Source: an uncultured Bacillota bacterium
GTDB taxonomy: Bacteria > Sysuimicrobiota > Sysuimicrobiia > Sysuimicrobiales > Segetimicrobiaceae
Assembly: GCA_963804645.1 (NCBI GenBank)
Contig: CAWDRG010000019.1
Coordinates: 192,001-256,000, forward strand
DNA: 64,000 nt
Direction of reading: 5' to 3'
Below the pieces are notes generated by a model. That model ran no database searches. It saw only the letters and a list, made by a program, of their open reading frames with translations, and was not told the DNA's origin. Both the position numbers and the translations under genes were made by a program. Shown in pieces: positions 8,742-20,481 of this stretch (the stretch's first letter is position 1; every line of letters starts with the position of its first letter).

Positions 8742-10727
8742 TTACGGCTGGTCGAGCGGGACGTCCTGCCAGCTGACGCCCAGGTAGTTCGTCAGGAGCG
8801 GGGTGCCGAGCGTCGGGGCCTGCCCGCCGCACAGCCCCACGAAGCCCGACTTGTTGTTGAGGTCGAGGAAGCCCTGGGCCTGCGGAGACGTCTGCTGCTT
8901 GCCCTGGAGCCCCCCGTTGAGCCACGCCCAGTTGCTCCCGCTGCCCTGCGTGATGTTGCCCTGCGCGTAGATATAGCCGCTGAACACGAAGTTGCCGTCG
9001 ATCTCGATATCGCCGGTCGCGAGAATCACGCCCCAGTTGCCCGAGCTGAACGGCGGGTTGATGCCGTTGCAGTTCGAGCCGGACGACTGGCCGTGCACCG
9101 ACCCCGTGATCGCCACGATCTGTCCCCCGCCGGTGTTGTTGCTGATGACGAGGCTCTCGGGACTGGCCTTCGTCCCGCTGAACGTGACGTTTTGGGAGTT
9201 GATCGTCGTCGTCGGCGGGCTCGAGCAGTGCTGCGAGTTGCCGTTGACGTTGTCGAAGACGTTCGTGCCCGGGTTCACGTTCTCGGTGCACGCGTACGAG
9301 AGCGCGTTGATGATCGGATAGATCGGGACGTACCGGATCCCGTTCTGGTTCCCGGTGCCGTAGAACGTCGCCGGGACCGTTCGGCTCAAGTCGTCGATCA
9401 CCAGCCCCCAATCGAAATACCGCTCGGGGAAGGTGGCCGTATCGTCCGAGGAGTTGTTCGAGCTGCCGTTGATGTTGCCGTTGTAGCCGTAGTAGTCCGA
9501 GCCGCCCGCGCACGGGTTGCCGCTGGCCAGCGTCACCGCGCCGGTGGAGGTGTTCACGCAGAACGGCGCCGTCGCGTAGACGAGCATCATCTTGCCATTC
9601 GTCGAGGGCACCGATGACCAGTAGGTCGGGGTGTACGTGCCGTTCGAGGCGTACGTGACGCCGCTCTGCGCCCCGCTCGCGTTGGTCTGCGAGGCCTGGA
9701 CGACGCCGACCCCGGCCGGCAGCGTGCCCTTGTTCCAGTCCTTGACGATGTTGGTGAAGTCGGTCGACGTCATCCCCTGGGGCGTCATCGGGTGCCAGTT
9801 GACCGGCTCCGTATAGCTCGTTCCGAGCGCGATCGTCGTCATGCCCCCGGCCGTGTTGCTCGTCGACCGGTTGCCGTCCTGTTTGCACGAGGTCGGGGCC
9901 ACCTCCCCGATCGCCGGGTACCCCGCGCCGCTCGTCGGCAGCGGGCCGGACAAGCCCTTGCCCTGCTGGATCACCTGAAAGTACGCCTGCAGGTCCTGGC
10001 ATTCGCCGAAGTACGTCCCCGCGTTCGTCGGGCTCCCGCACGGCGGGGTCGTCGCGGACCCCGCGGCCTCCCCGTACACGATCGCGCCCGCCATCACCTG
10101 GGGGCTGACGAGGTTGAGCGCCGTCGCGGTGGCCGCGCACAGGGGCGAGTACCCATAGTTCTCGAATTCGACCGTCGAGTTCGAGTAGATGTCGTTCCCG
10201 GTGGACGGCGTCGTGTCGCCGTCGAAGTTCACGCCCTGGCCGTAGATCTGATATTCCCACGGGTTGACGTTGATGTTGACGAGCAGCCGGACGCGCCGCT
10301 GCACCCCGCCGAACGTGGCGGTGGAGAGGACGGGCAGCAGCGACGGGTTGCTCTGTTCCACGGCCTGAAATTTCACGGTCCCCGTCGCCCCCGGAGTCGC
10401 GGCCGCGAGGCTGTTGGTGAACGACGACACGGTGACGCCCGCGGTGTAGCCGAAGGCCGCGAGCCGGCTGAGGGCCTCCTGGGCGCCGGCGTCCGCGAGA
10501 TCCATCGCCACCATGCTGTTGCGGTTCAGCGTGCCAAACCCGAGGTCGCCCTGGGTCTCCACCGCGAACGCGAAGAGCAGCATCCCGACCAGGAACATAA
10601 TGAAGACGGCGGAGATGAGCGCGATTCCACCCTCATCGGAGGCGGGCCGGTGCGGAGCGGAGGCCGGCAGGCTCCGAAGCCGGGACCGTCGGTGTCGCAT
10701 TGGGAATGGCCGCGGGTCGTCGTGCAT
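8742..10727 (-). CDS. Large PilX-like minor pilin or pilus-tip protein
   Basis: Class III signal GG|IALISAVFIMFLVG without E5; AMDLADAGAQEAL PilX-like helix; Thr/Gly/Asn/Cys-rich body; GGAGG RBS. Confidence 0.75.
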   Translation of the reverse strand: MHDDPRPFPMRHRRSRLRSLPASAPHRPASDEGGIALISAVFIMFLVGMLLFAFAVETQGDLGFGTLNRNSMVAMDLADAGAQEALSRLAAFGYTAGVTVSSFTNSLAAATPGATGTVKFQAVEQSNPSLLPVLSTATFGGVQRRVRLLVNINVNPWEYQIYGQGVNFDGDTTPSTGNDIYSNSTVEFENYGYSPLCAATATALNLVSPQVMAGAIVYGEAAGSATTPPCGSPTNAGTYFGECQDLQAYFQVIQQGKGLSGPLPTSGAGYPAIGEVAPTSCKQDGNRSTSNTAGGMTTIALGTSYTEPVNWHPMTPQGMTSTDFTNIVKDWNKGTLPAGVGVVQASQTNASGAQSGVTYASNGTYTPTYWSSVPSTNGKMMLVYATAPFCVNTSTGAVTLASGNPCAGGSDYYGYNGNINGSSNNSSDDTATFPERYFDWGLVIDDLSRTVPATFYGTGNQNGIRYVPIYPIINALSYACTENVNPGTNVFDNVNGNSQHCSSPPTTTINSQNVTFSGTKASPESLVISNNTGGGQIVAITGSVHGQSSGSNCNGINPPFSSGNWGVILATGDIEIDGNFVFSGYIYAQGNITQGSGSNWAWLNGGLQGKQQTSPQAQGFLDLNNKSGFVGLCGGQAPTLGTPLLTNYLGVSWQDVPLDQP

Positions 10728-10768
10728 GCTCCACCTCCAACTCGCTCGCCGCGCCGCGGCGGCGGAGT

Positions 10769-11375
10769 TTAGAGACTCAGGGTCGCCCGGACCCGGTCGA
10801 TGCGGTCGCGCAGCTGCCCGAGCGCGCGGAACTCCGCCGGGCGGCGTGCGGCCGGAGGCCAGCTCCTCGCCGATCGCGCGCGCCACGGGATCGATTGCGT
10901 GCCCGATCGTCTGGGCGTCCCCGAGCAGCGTGTGCCCCCACCGGGTGTGGACGTCGCCGGGCATCGCGGCGCCGGCCGGGCTCTCCACCGACTCGCGCAC
11001 AAGGCTTACGAGGTTGGCCGACTCCTCGGCGTCGGCGACGCACGTCTCCACCGCCGGCACGGCGAGCCGTCCCGCGCCGTGCCGCTCGGCCGCCGCGCAC
11101 GCCCGCGGCAGCACCGCGAGCACGTCCACCAGATCGCCGTTTTCCTCTTCCAGAATGTCGTCGAGCCCGCCGGCGTCGGCGTCTGTCGAGGCGGAGGGGT
11201 CCGCGGGCGCAGGTGCGCCGGCCGAGGGGCCTGGTGCCGCCGTCTGCGCGGCGGCGTCCGTGGCCGGCGACGGGGCGCGGCTCCCGCCGAACGCAAGCCA
11301 TCCCGCCACCGCCGCGACCGCGGCGCAGCCCGCGGCGATCCTCAGGCGTCCTCTCAGCAGCGAACCGGTCTCCAT
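10769..11375 (-). CDS. Hypothetical membrane-anchored protein, apparent frameshift near 10840
   Basis: N-terminal TM; the C-terminus AEFRALGQLRDRIDRVRATLSL* lies in another frame; the 877-aa ORF-track fusion is a product of this shift. Confidence 0.55.
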
Positions 11376-11406
11376 GCGCGCGTGTGCCCTCCGGACGTCG
11401 TGGCCG

Positions 11407-11835
11407 CTACAGCAGCCGGAACCGAACGATCTCGCCGGTCGGCGAGACGAACACCAAGGCGGCGGCCTCGTGCCCCGGCTCGATTTGGAACACCGTCGCC
11501 CCTCGGACCGCGTACCCCGGCGGCATCGTCAGGACGTCGAAATGGTTCGCGAGGAAATGCGTGGACGGATCGCTCTGGTAGCGGCGCCCGGTGGAGTCCA
11601 CGAGGAGGAAGTGCTCCCGGTCGATCTGCACCGAGTCCGCGCCCACGTTCTTGATCGCGATGTCGATCGTGACGTACATCGACGTCTCGCCGACCGACCG
11701 TGAATAGTACGGGCGGCCGATCGTGATCGCGAGATGTCCGGCGGGGAACGCCCACTCCGTGACCAGGATGGTGACGGCGGCCAGCGCGAGGCCGGCCGCG
11801 ATCTGCCCGAGCCGCCGGCGCCAGCGCTCCGTCAC
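11407..11835 (-). CDS. DUF4352-like Ig-fold membrane-anchored protein
   Basis: TM followed by YVTIDIAIKNVG...FLLVDSTGRRY...PG..VRGATVFQI pattern. Confidence 0.7.
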   Translation of the reverse strand: MTERWRRRLGQIAAGLALAAVTILVTEWAFPAGHLAITIGRPYYSRSVGETSMYVTIDIAIKNVGADSVQIDREHFLLVDSTGRRYQSDPSTHFLANHFDVLTMPPGYAVRGATVFQIEPGHEAAALVFVSPTGEIVRFRLL

Positions 11836-12531
11836 TGCGCCTTCCCGCGTCCTTGGGCCAGGGTGCGCGCGATCCCGCTCTTGGACGCCTGGTCGTACCC
11901 GGGGATCTGTCCTACCTCGCGCCACGCCCTGATCGCGCCCGCCGTGTCGCCAGCGGTCATGCGGATGTGCGCGACCAGCCACAGCGATTGGAACCGCTCC
12001 AGGTCGTCGCCCGCGAGGCCGGCGGCGTCGCGCGCCAGCACGGTCGCCTCGGCCGTAGTTGTGCAGCCAGCGCCAGTACACCCACGCGGCGCCGGTGTGC
12101 AGGTCGAAGTCGTTGGGGTTGTTGCGGATGCCCTCTTCGTAGAACGCGACCGCCTGCTGCGGATGGGAGAAGTGAAACGCAAGCCACTGCCCGCCGAGCG
12201 CGTATGCATCCACGAAGTGCGGATCGAGCCAGGTGATGAGCCGCACGAGCGGCATGAGCGCCTCGTCGTCCTGCTGCAGGAGGCTGCCGCCGATGATGCG
12301 CCGCCGGTGCTGATACTCGTCCACGCGCAGCCACAGAAAGTCGGCGGCGAGGCCGCGCACTTCCCCGAGAAAGCTCCGCACCACGACGGCCGCGACCGAG
12401 AACGTCACGCCCGCCTCGTCGTTCACCGCGAGGCGGTATTGATCCACGAGCGCCTGCGAGCCGGCGACGCAGGCGAGCAGCGCGACGACGGCGGTGGCGC
12501 GGCGGAGGCGCAGCAGCGAGTCGGCCGTCAA
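11832..12531 (-). CDS. TPR-like pilus accessory protein (PilG/XapA-like), apparent frameshift near 12055
   Basis: AADFLWLR, ITWLDPHFVDAY and YEEGIRNNP motifs; continues in ORF 11832-12209; translationally coupled to its neighbours. Confidence 0.65.
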
Positions 12532-13294
12532 AACTCGCGCTCCTCGAACATCTGGATGCCGACGTACAGAAACAGGCAGACGAGCGCGGCGGCGTAGATC
12601 GTGGTCCGGCCGAGGTAGGCCCACGGGACGAGCTCGTCGTGCACCACCGCGGTGCGGGTGTTGAAGTTTTCGAAGTTCGGCAGCAGGTAGTACAGCGCTT
12701 GGCCGAAGTAGGCGACGACCGGGTGCGCGGAGATCAGGTCGAGGTAGGTGGTGACCGCGCCTTTGAGATAGCTCACGACAAACACGAGAATCGTCAGCGC
12801 CGCGGTGACGGTCGACGTGGCGACGGACGCGATGCCGAGGGCGACCGCCGAGAGCACCGTGAACGCGAGCCAGAGCAGGTACGCGCCCTTGACCGCTTCG
12901 AGCTCGGACCCGCCATGATCCGTGTAGATGAAGAACGTCAGGATCGCGACCATCGGCGCGATCGCCAGCCCGATCGCGACGGCCGCGCCCGCGAACTTGC
13001 CGACGACGAGCTCCCAGCGCCGGATCGGCTTGCTCAGCACGTTGTAGATGGTGCGGCTCTCGATCTCGCCGGACAGCTGCGTGCTCACGATGACGAGGGT
13101 CGCGACCGTCCCGAACAGGAAGATCACCGTCATCGCGATGTCCTTGAAGAACTTGATCTCGACGCCGAGCTGGAAGAACGAGAGGAACGCGCTGCTGAGG
13201 ATGATCCCGCAGCCGAAGATCACGAGCGCGGGCAGCGTCCGGCGGCGGGACGCCTCGCGCATCGCTTGCTGGGCGATTACCACGATGGGCGAAC

Positions 13295-13298
<4 letters not shown>
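12528..13298 (-). CDS. ABC transporter permease (pilus-associated, PilI-like)
   Basis: EIESRTIYNVLSKPIRRWELVVGKF; multiple TM helices. Confidence 0.88.
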
Positions 13299-14236
<938 letters not shown>

Positions 14237-14475
14237 GGCGACGCACGCTCCTCGTTCCAGTCCTCCGGAACGTCCCCTGCGGTTATGCCCGCGCCCCGCG
14301 CGGCGTAGACCTCCCGGACTCGGGGCGGCGGGCGTTCCCGTCCGCCGTGCGCGGTGCGGGCGCACTTCTGTTCGCACGTCTAAGAACGCCACGGCACGGG
14401 CACATAGTCGGGCAAGCGCAGTGCTGCGTCGCCGCCCGCGCGGGACGCCGATGGCGGCAAAAGGGGGCGAATCGG

Positions 14476-15015
14476 ATGTTGGGCCGGGTTCTGCGGAGGA
14501 TGCACGATCGCGAGGCCGGGTTCACGCTCATCGAGTTGATGATCGTGATCCTGGTCATTCTGATTCTGGCGGCGATTCTCGTGCCGCAGTTCGGACTGGC
14601 GCAGGAGCGCGCGCGCAAGGCGAAGTGTGTCTCCAACCAGCGGACGCTTGAGACGGCCGTCGCGATGTGGTCGACGGATAACACCGGAAGCAACTACGCT
14701 GGCGGTACGATGGACGGATCCACGCCGAATTTCACCGCGCTGACGACGACCGGGCAGCCGCAGTACACGACGGTCGGGGCGTTCATCGAGCCCGACGACG
14801 GCACCGTCGCAGACCAGGACGGCGTGGACTACTACCTGTCGAACGGCAGCGCGTCCGGCACCGTGGCCAACGCGAACGCGTCGGCGCCCTCGTACGGCCA
14901 CGTCGCGTGCGCCTACGATGGCGTTACCGATCCCTGGGTCAACAACTACGACACCGCCGGCGGTGGCGGCGGAGCAGGCTTGAACCACACGCGCGGCGCG
15001 GCCGCCTCACCGTAA
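14476..15015 (+). CDS. Type IV major pilin 1
   Basis: Prepilin motif G|FTLIELMIVILVILILAAILVPQF. Confidence 0.92.
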   Translation: MLGRVLRRMHDREAGFTLIELMIVILVILILAAILVPQFGLAQERARKAKCVSNQRTLETAVAMWSTDNTGSNYAGGTMDGSTPNFTALTTTGQPQYTTVGAFIEPDDGTVADQDGVDYYLSNGSASGTVANANASAPSYGHVACAYDGVTDPWVNNYDTAGGGGGAGLNHTRGAAASP

Positions 15016-15176
15016 GAACGGGCGTCCGTGCGTCCGCACGTTCGTGAGTCTGGGCACGGTGTGCGGAGGGCATGAAGCGCTACACGACACAGTGTGACCA
15101 CTATGACGGGCGGAGGGGGGGAGGCGAGCACCGGGGGGGTCGGTTGGATCAAGTCAGTGACCGAAAGGAGTCGCCA

Positions 15177-15713
15177 ATGTATCGTCGACTGATGCAGATG
15201 CTCAAGCAACGCGAGTCAGGCTTCACCCTGATCGAGCTGATGATCGTGATCCTGGTGATCCTGATCTTGGCGGCGATCCTGGTGCCGCAGTTCGGACTCG
15301 CCCAGGAGCGCGCACGCAAGGCGAAGTGCGTGTCGAACCAGCGCAACCTTGAAACCGCGGTCGCGATGTGGGCCACGGACAATACCGGCACGAACTACAC
15401 CGGCGGCACCATGGCGTCGACGTCCAACCCGAACCTCGGCAACCTGGCGCCGGCCAGCGGGACGCCGTACACGACGCCGGGAGCGTTCGTGGAGCCGGAC
15501 GATCCCAGCGTGACTAGCGGCGCGGACTACTACCTGTCGAACGGCAGCGCGTCCGGCACCCTGGCCAACGCCAACGCATCGGCTCCGTCGTACGGCCACG
15601 TGGCGTGCGCATTCGACGGCGTCTCGGATCCGTGGGTCAACAACTACGATACTGCGAGCGCCGGCAACGGCAAGTCCCTGAACCATACCCGAGGCGCGGC
15701 GGCATCGCCGTAG
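15177..15713 (+). CDS. Type IV major pilin 2, paralog of pilin 1
   Basis: G|FTLIELMIV...; AAGGAG RBS; long blocks identical to pilin 1. Confidence 0.92.
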   Translation: MYRRLMQMLKQRESGFTLIELMIVILVILILAAILVPQFGLAQERARKAKCVSNQRNLETAVAMWATDNTGTNYTGGTMASTSNPNLGNLAPASGTPYTTPGAFVEPDDPSVTSGADYYLSNGSASGTLANANASAPSYGHVACAFDGVSDPWVNNYDTASAGNGKSLNHTRGAAASP

Positions 15714-15758
15714 CGCGCGGGCACGCAGCACTGGACGCAGAGAGCGCTCGCGGAACAC

Positions 15759-15793
15759 CCGAGGGGGCCGGGACGTTCGTCCGGCCCCCTCGG
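15759..15793 (+). terminator. GC-rich hairpin after the pilin genes
   Basis: CCGAGGGGGCCGG...CCGGCCCCCTCGG 13-bp inverted repeat; no U-tract. Confidence 0.6.
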
Positions 15794-15854
15794 CATCGCT
15801 GCCGGTCCCCACGCGGTCCGTCCGCCGGGTCGCCCGGCCGGGGACGGCGGAGGA

Positions 15855-17210
15855 GTGAGTGGCATGTCCGCAGGGAGTAACGTCGCCGCGCCGCCGCGCG
15901 GACTGGGGGATCTCGCCGCATCGCGCTCGGATTGGGCCGCGCTGGCCGCGGTCGCCGTGATCGTCGGCGTCGTCCCGCTGGTCGTCGACCCGCACTGGTA
16001 CGATCGCTACTACTGGCCGAAGGTCGAGCTCTTCTACGCCGCGACGGCCCTGGGGGCGGTCGCGCTGTTGTGGCGAGGGCGGACCGACTGGCTCGGGCGG
16101 CTGCGGTCGCCCGTGGGCTATGCGCTCCTGGCGTGGCTTGCCGCCCTCACGGTGTCGACGCTCGCCTCGATCGATCCAGCCACCAGCCTCGTCGGCGACG
16201 ACTACCGCTACGAGGGGCTGGTGACGTGGCTGGCCTACGGCGTCGCCGCCGTGGTGACCGGGGCGGCGCTGGTCACGGCCGCCCGGGTGCGCGCGGTTAT
16301 CGGCGTCGGGCTCGGCGGGGCGGTGGTGATGTCGGTGCTGGCCCTTCTCCAATATTGGGGCGCGCGTCCGGTCGCGCTCGACTTCGAGCGTGCGGGGTCG
16401 CTGCGCGTGTTCGGCACCGTGGGCAACCCGATCGCGCTCGGCGCCTACCTCGTGCTGCTGCTCCCGATCGCGGTCAGCCTCTACGCTGCCGAGGAACGGC
16501 CCGAGTGGTGCCAGCTCTGGGGCGCGGTCGTGGTGCTGCTGTACGCCGGGCTGCTCGCGTCGCTCGCGCGGGGCGCCTGGGCGGCTCTCCCCGTCGGGCT
16601 CGCGGCGTGGGCCGCGGCCCTGGGGCCGCGCACCCTTCGGGCCGCCGCGCGGCCGCTCGCGGTGCTCGTGCTGTGCTGCGCCGCCGTGACGCCGGTCGTG
16701 CTGCTCACCGGCCCCGTATCGGGCCAACTGGATCCCGCGGCGGTCGCGAACAGTCTGCACGGCCGGATGTTTCTCTGGGAGACGTCCGGCACGCTCGTCG
16801 GGCAGCGCCCGCTGTTCGGGTGGGGCCCGGAGACCCTGGCTCAGATCTACCCCGCGTACGGGACACCTGCGTTTTACGCGGTGTACCCCTACGCGCGGAT
16901 GATGAACCTGATCGTGGACCGTCCCCACAACGACCTGCTGCAGCAGGCGATCGCCACCGGTCTCGTCGGGCTGGCGGCCTATCTCTGGCTGTGGGGCGCT
17001 CTGCTGCGCACCGGCTGGCGTGTCGCGCGCGCCGGCGCCGCCCCGTGGACGCGCACGCTCGCCGCGGGGCTGCTCGGCGGGCTGGTTGCGTACTTCGTGC
17101 AGCTCCAACTGGCGTTCAGCTACGTCAGCGTCGCCCCCGTGCTATGGGTCCTGATCGGGGTCCTGCTGGTGCTCGATCGCGGGCGCGCCGGTGGCGGTCT
17201 GGCGGGCTGA
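15855..17210 (+). CDS. O-antigen ligase / O-oligosaccharyltransferase family (Wzy_C), likely pilin glycosylation
   Basis: GTVGNP, RGAW, R..LW...RPLFGWGP and PHNDLLQ motifs; many TM helices; directly after the pilins. Confidence 0.85.
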   Translation: MSGMSAGSNVAAPPRGLGDLAASRSDWAALAAVAVIVGVVPLVVDPHWYDRYYWPKVELFYAATALGAVALLWRGRTDWLGRLRSPVGYALLAWLAALTVSTLASIDPATSLVGDDYRYEGLVTWLAYGVAAVVTGAALVTAARVRAVIGVGLGGAVVMSVLALLQYWGARPVALDFERAGSLRVFGTVGNPIALGAYLVLLLPIAVSLYAAEERPEWCQLWGAVVVLLYAGLLASLARGAWAALPVGLAAWAAALGPRTLRAAARPLAVLVLCCAAVTPVVLLTGPVSGQLDPAAVANSLHGRMFLWETSGTLVGQRPLFGWGPETLAQIYPAYGTPAFYAVYPYARMMNLIVDRPHNDLLQQAIATGLVGLAAYLWLWGALLRTGWRVARAGAAPWTRTLAAGLLGGLVAYFVQLQLAFSYVSVAPVLWVLIGVLLVLDRGRAGGGLAG

Positions 17211-17353
17211 GGCCGGTGGACCGGCTGTTCGGGACCCCGGGGACGTCTGAAACCCCTCCGCGGGCGGTATAACGGGGGGTACGAAGGCGGAGAGGGCGGC
17301 GCATGGGGCGACACGGCCGACGTGAGGAGGCGTACGTCGCGCGGGGGGCGCCC

Positions 17354-17890
17354 GTGAGCGGTGAACGCGGCTTCACCCTGATCGAGGTGATGATCGCGAT
17401 CATCATCATGACGGTGGGACTCCTCGCCGTCGCCAGTGTGTTTCCGCCGGGGCTCGTGCTCTCGATGTACGGCAAGGACCAGTCGAAGGCGGCGAATCTG
17501 GCGCAGCGTTGGGTCGAGGATCTCAAGAACGGCCCGATCGCGACGATCGCGGCGGACGTGGGGGACTTCGGCACCGTGGCGAGTCAGTACTACGACAGCA
17601 ACGGCAACGGGACCACCGCCGCCGCGGCCGTGTTCACGGTCGATCTGCAGATTGAATATTGGGTGTGGAATGCGGGGACGGGCCAGTACGTGGAGTCCGG
17701 GAGCCCGTGGACCCTGCCGGGATCCGGGCAGTACATGTACCGCGTGTCGGCCGCGACGCACTGGCTCCAGAACGGCCACACCGTGTTCACGTCCGGGCAC
17801 CTTGCCAGCCCGAACGGATGCGTGGTGGGCGGCGCCGAGGTCCCGACCGGGCCGGGGTGCATCATGATCAGCACGTTCGTGGAGCCATGA
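17354..17890 (+). CDS. Minor pilin, PilV-like
   Basis: ERG|FTLIEVMIAIIIMTVGLLAV. Confidence 0.85.
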   Translation: MSGERGFTLIEVMIAIIIMTVGLLAVASVFPPGLVLSMYGKDQSKAANLAQRWVEDLKNGPIATIAADVGDFGTVASQYYDSNGNGTTAAAAVFTVDLQIEYWVWNAGTGQYVESGSPWTLPGSGQYMYRVSAATHWLQNGHTVFTSGHLASPNGCVVGGAEVPTGPGCIMISTFVEP

Positions 17891-18601
17891 GGGGGAGACG
17901 GCGCCGACCGGACGTACGCCGCTGGCTGGCGGACGCCCGCGGAATGACCCTCGTGGAGCTCATGACCGTGCTCACGGTATTCTCGATCGTGATGGGCGCC
18001 GTGGCGTCGCTGCTGATCACCAGCCTGGCGGTGTATTCAAAGGGCGGCGTGAACGCGCAGGCGCAGGTCGGCAGTCAGGTCGGGATCGACCGCATCGAGC
18101 GCGATCTGCGCCAGGCGCGCCGCCTCATCACCGGGATCGTCGAGACCGTCGGTGCGTCGAGCTTCACGTTCAACACCGCAGTGTTCCCCGACGCAGATCA
18201 GCGTCGCGCTGCCGCACCTGGCCACGGTCACGCTCTCGGACTCGACGACGATCTACGCGACCGACACCAACGCGTCGAACCAGACGCCGTACGACGGCTG
18301 GTACGTCAGCTACTATCTGTCGTCGGCGCAGACCGCGGCGGCGGGATCGCTCGCGCCGGCCATCAACGCGGCGGGACCGTACCTCATTCGGGTCCAGTAC
18401 GACCTGACGGCGCTCCGGCTGATCTACGACACCGTGGAAGGTACCTCGGCGGCCCTGATGATCTCGGCCACCGGGGGCTGTCCGACGGTCGCCTCGACCG
18501 ATGTCACGGTGACCCTTAAGGGGTCGGCGAAGGCGTCCAACGAGAACGTGGCGACGACGGAGCAGGTCAGCAGCGACGTGACGCTGCGCAATCAGCAGTA
18601 G
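17887..18601 (+). CDS. Minor pilin, PilW-like, apparent frameshift near 18178
   Basis: RG|MTLVELM...IERDLRQAR; C-terminus VTLRN in ORF 18152-18601. Confidence 0.75.
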
Positions 18602-18719
18602 GAGGGGGCGGGGACGTGGACCGAGAGCGCGCGGCGCACTGGGGCGTGTGGGGCAGGCCGGCGAGACCGCGGGCCTGTTGGGCCGCCGCGCGTGGCGCGG
18701 CAGACGGGAGAGGGCGCCC

Positions 18720-19902
18720 ATGCGGCTAGGGGCGACGCTCACCCGGGTTCGAGACCGCGTCGTCCGGGGCCGCCGCGCGGCCCGTCCCGCGGCGCAGCTC
18801 CGCGCCGCCGTGCCGGACGCCTCCGACCCTCGCCGGGCCGTCGCGCGCGCGGCCGCGGCCGTCGGCGTCGACATCGGGAGCGCGTGGATCAAGATCGTGG
18901 AGCTGGTCGGCGGCCGCGATGGGTTCAGCGTGCGCGCGCGGCTCACCGTGCCGACCCCGCCGGGCACGGTGCGCGGCGGCCGGATCTCGTTTCCGCCGGT
19001 GGTCGGACGGGTGCTACGCGACGCGCTCAGCCACGCCGGCATCCGGACGCGACGGGCGGTCGCGTCCGTGAGCGGGCACGTCTCGCTCGTCCGAGAGGTG
19101 CGGCTGCCGCGTCTGTCCGGGGATGAGCTCCGGGAGGCGGCCCGCTTCGAGGTGATGCGGTATCTGCCGTATCCGATCACGGAAGCGACCTACGACGCGT
19201 TCGTGCTCGGAGAGGTGCCGGACACCGGCGCGGCGCGGATGGAGGTGCTGCTCGCGGCGGCGCGCACAGACCTGCTGGCCCAGCACGTCGACACCCTGCG
19301 CGCGGCCGGTCTCGAGCCCGCCGTGATCGATGTCGAGCCGTTCGCGCTGCTGCGGGCGATGGTGCCGGCCGGCACCCCGGCGGGCCGCCCCGGCCTGTAC
19401 CTCCACCTGGGCGCCACACACACCGGCATCCTCATCGTCGACGGGACCACCCCGCGGGTCGCGCGCAGCGTGGTCGGCGGCGGAAACGTGATCACGCAGC
19501 GCATCGCCGCGCAGCGCGGGCTGTCCCTCGAGGAGGCGGAGACCTACAAGATTCGCCTGTCCGGCCAGCGACGTGCCGGAGGGCGAAGCCCGAACGATCG
19601 AGGGGCTGCTCCGGGACGCGGTCGCGGATCTCACCCTCGAGGTCCGCCGGTCCATCGACTACTTTCAGGGACAGTACCGGGGGGTGATGCCGGACCGCGC
19701 CGTGCTCACGGGCGGCGGCGCGATGCTGCCCGGACTGCCGCGGCTGCTCGGCACCGAACTGGACATGCCGGCCCAGATCGGCGATCCGTTCGGACAGCTC
19801 GCGGGGTCGGCCCAGCCTGGGGACGCCGGCCCCGCGCCAGACCACGGCGCCCCGCTCGCGGTGGCGCTGGGGCTCGCTCTGAGAGGGGTTGAGGAGCCAT
19901 GA
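18720..19902 (+). CDS. pilM: Type IV pilus assembly protein PilM, apparent frameshift near 19568
   Basis: VGVDIGSAWIKIVE, EEAETYK; then EVRRSIDYF, LTGGGA and VALGLALR in the second frame. Confidence 0.88.
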
Positions 19903-20481
19903 TTCGGATCAACCTGCTGCCGGCGCGGCCGCGCCGGAGTCTCATTCCCGAACCCGCGGTGTTCGGTGCGCTGGCGGCCGTCTTCGTCGCGCTCGCGCTC
20001 ACGTATCTGTACGGCGTGTGGCGCACGAACGAGCTCAATGGCGAGATTCAATACGATCACCGCGGAGACCGCCGCGCTCCACCCGCGGGTGGAAGACGTG
20101 CTGCAGCTGGAAGCGAACATCGAGGATCTGCAGGCCCGGGAGTCGCTGCTGCAGGGCCTCGAGGATCACGCGACGCCGTGGGCCGACCTCTTGACCGACC
20201 TCGCCCAGCGCACGCCCGCCGATGTCTGGCTGGCGAACGTCTCGTCCGTCGGCTCCAACAGCACGTTCACGGTGCAGGGCACCGCGCACTCCTACAATTC
20301 GGTGGCCGCGTTCATGCGGCAGCTGAAGGTCTCGCCGTTCTACGGCCGCGTGACGCTCGGGACCGCGCAGGACATCAACGACCAGTCGGAGCAGACGGAG
20401 GCCGTGCAGTTCGGACTCTCCCTGTCGATGCGGCCGCAGTCGGACGTCGCGAAACAGGAGCTGGAGGGAGTCGCGCCGTGA
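19899..20481 (+). CDS. pilN: Type IV pilus assembly protein PilN, apparent frameshift near 20048
   Basis: MIRINLLP motif; TPADVWL...GTAHSYNSVAAFMRQL in the second frame. Confidence 0.85.

Noticed and set aside
8742..11375. Single 877-aa protein, and likewise the 680-aa (11407-13449) and 400-aa (19899-21101) ORFs
   Set aside because: These are chimeric read-throughs across apparent frameshifts; internal RBS, prepilin and start signals define separate genes
14405..14465. c-di-GMP-I riboswitch upstream of pilin 1
   Set aside because: GGGCAA and GGGACGC are present, but the GAAA tetraloop, the CAAAGC junction and the second stem are missing; an Infernal search would settle it
14476..15713. Electrically conductive e-pilins
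   Set aside because: They are full-length pilins; F1, F24 and W50 are present but position 27 is Ala, and F/W/Y content is only about 8% by my count for pilin 1
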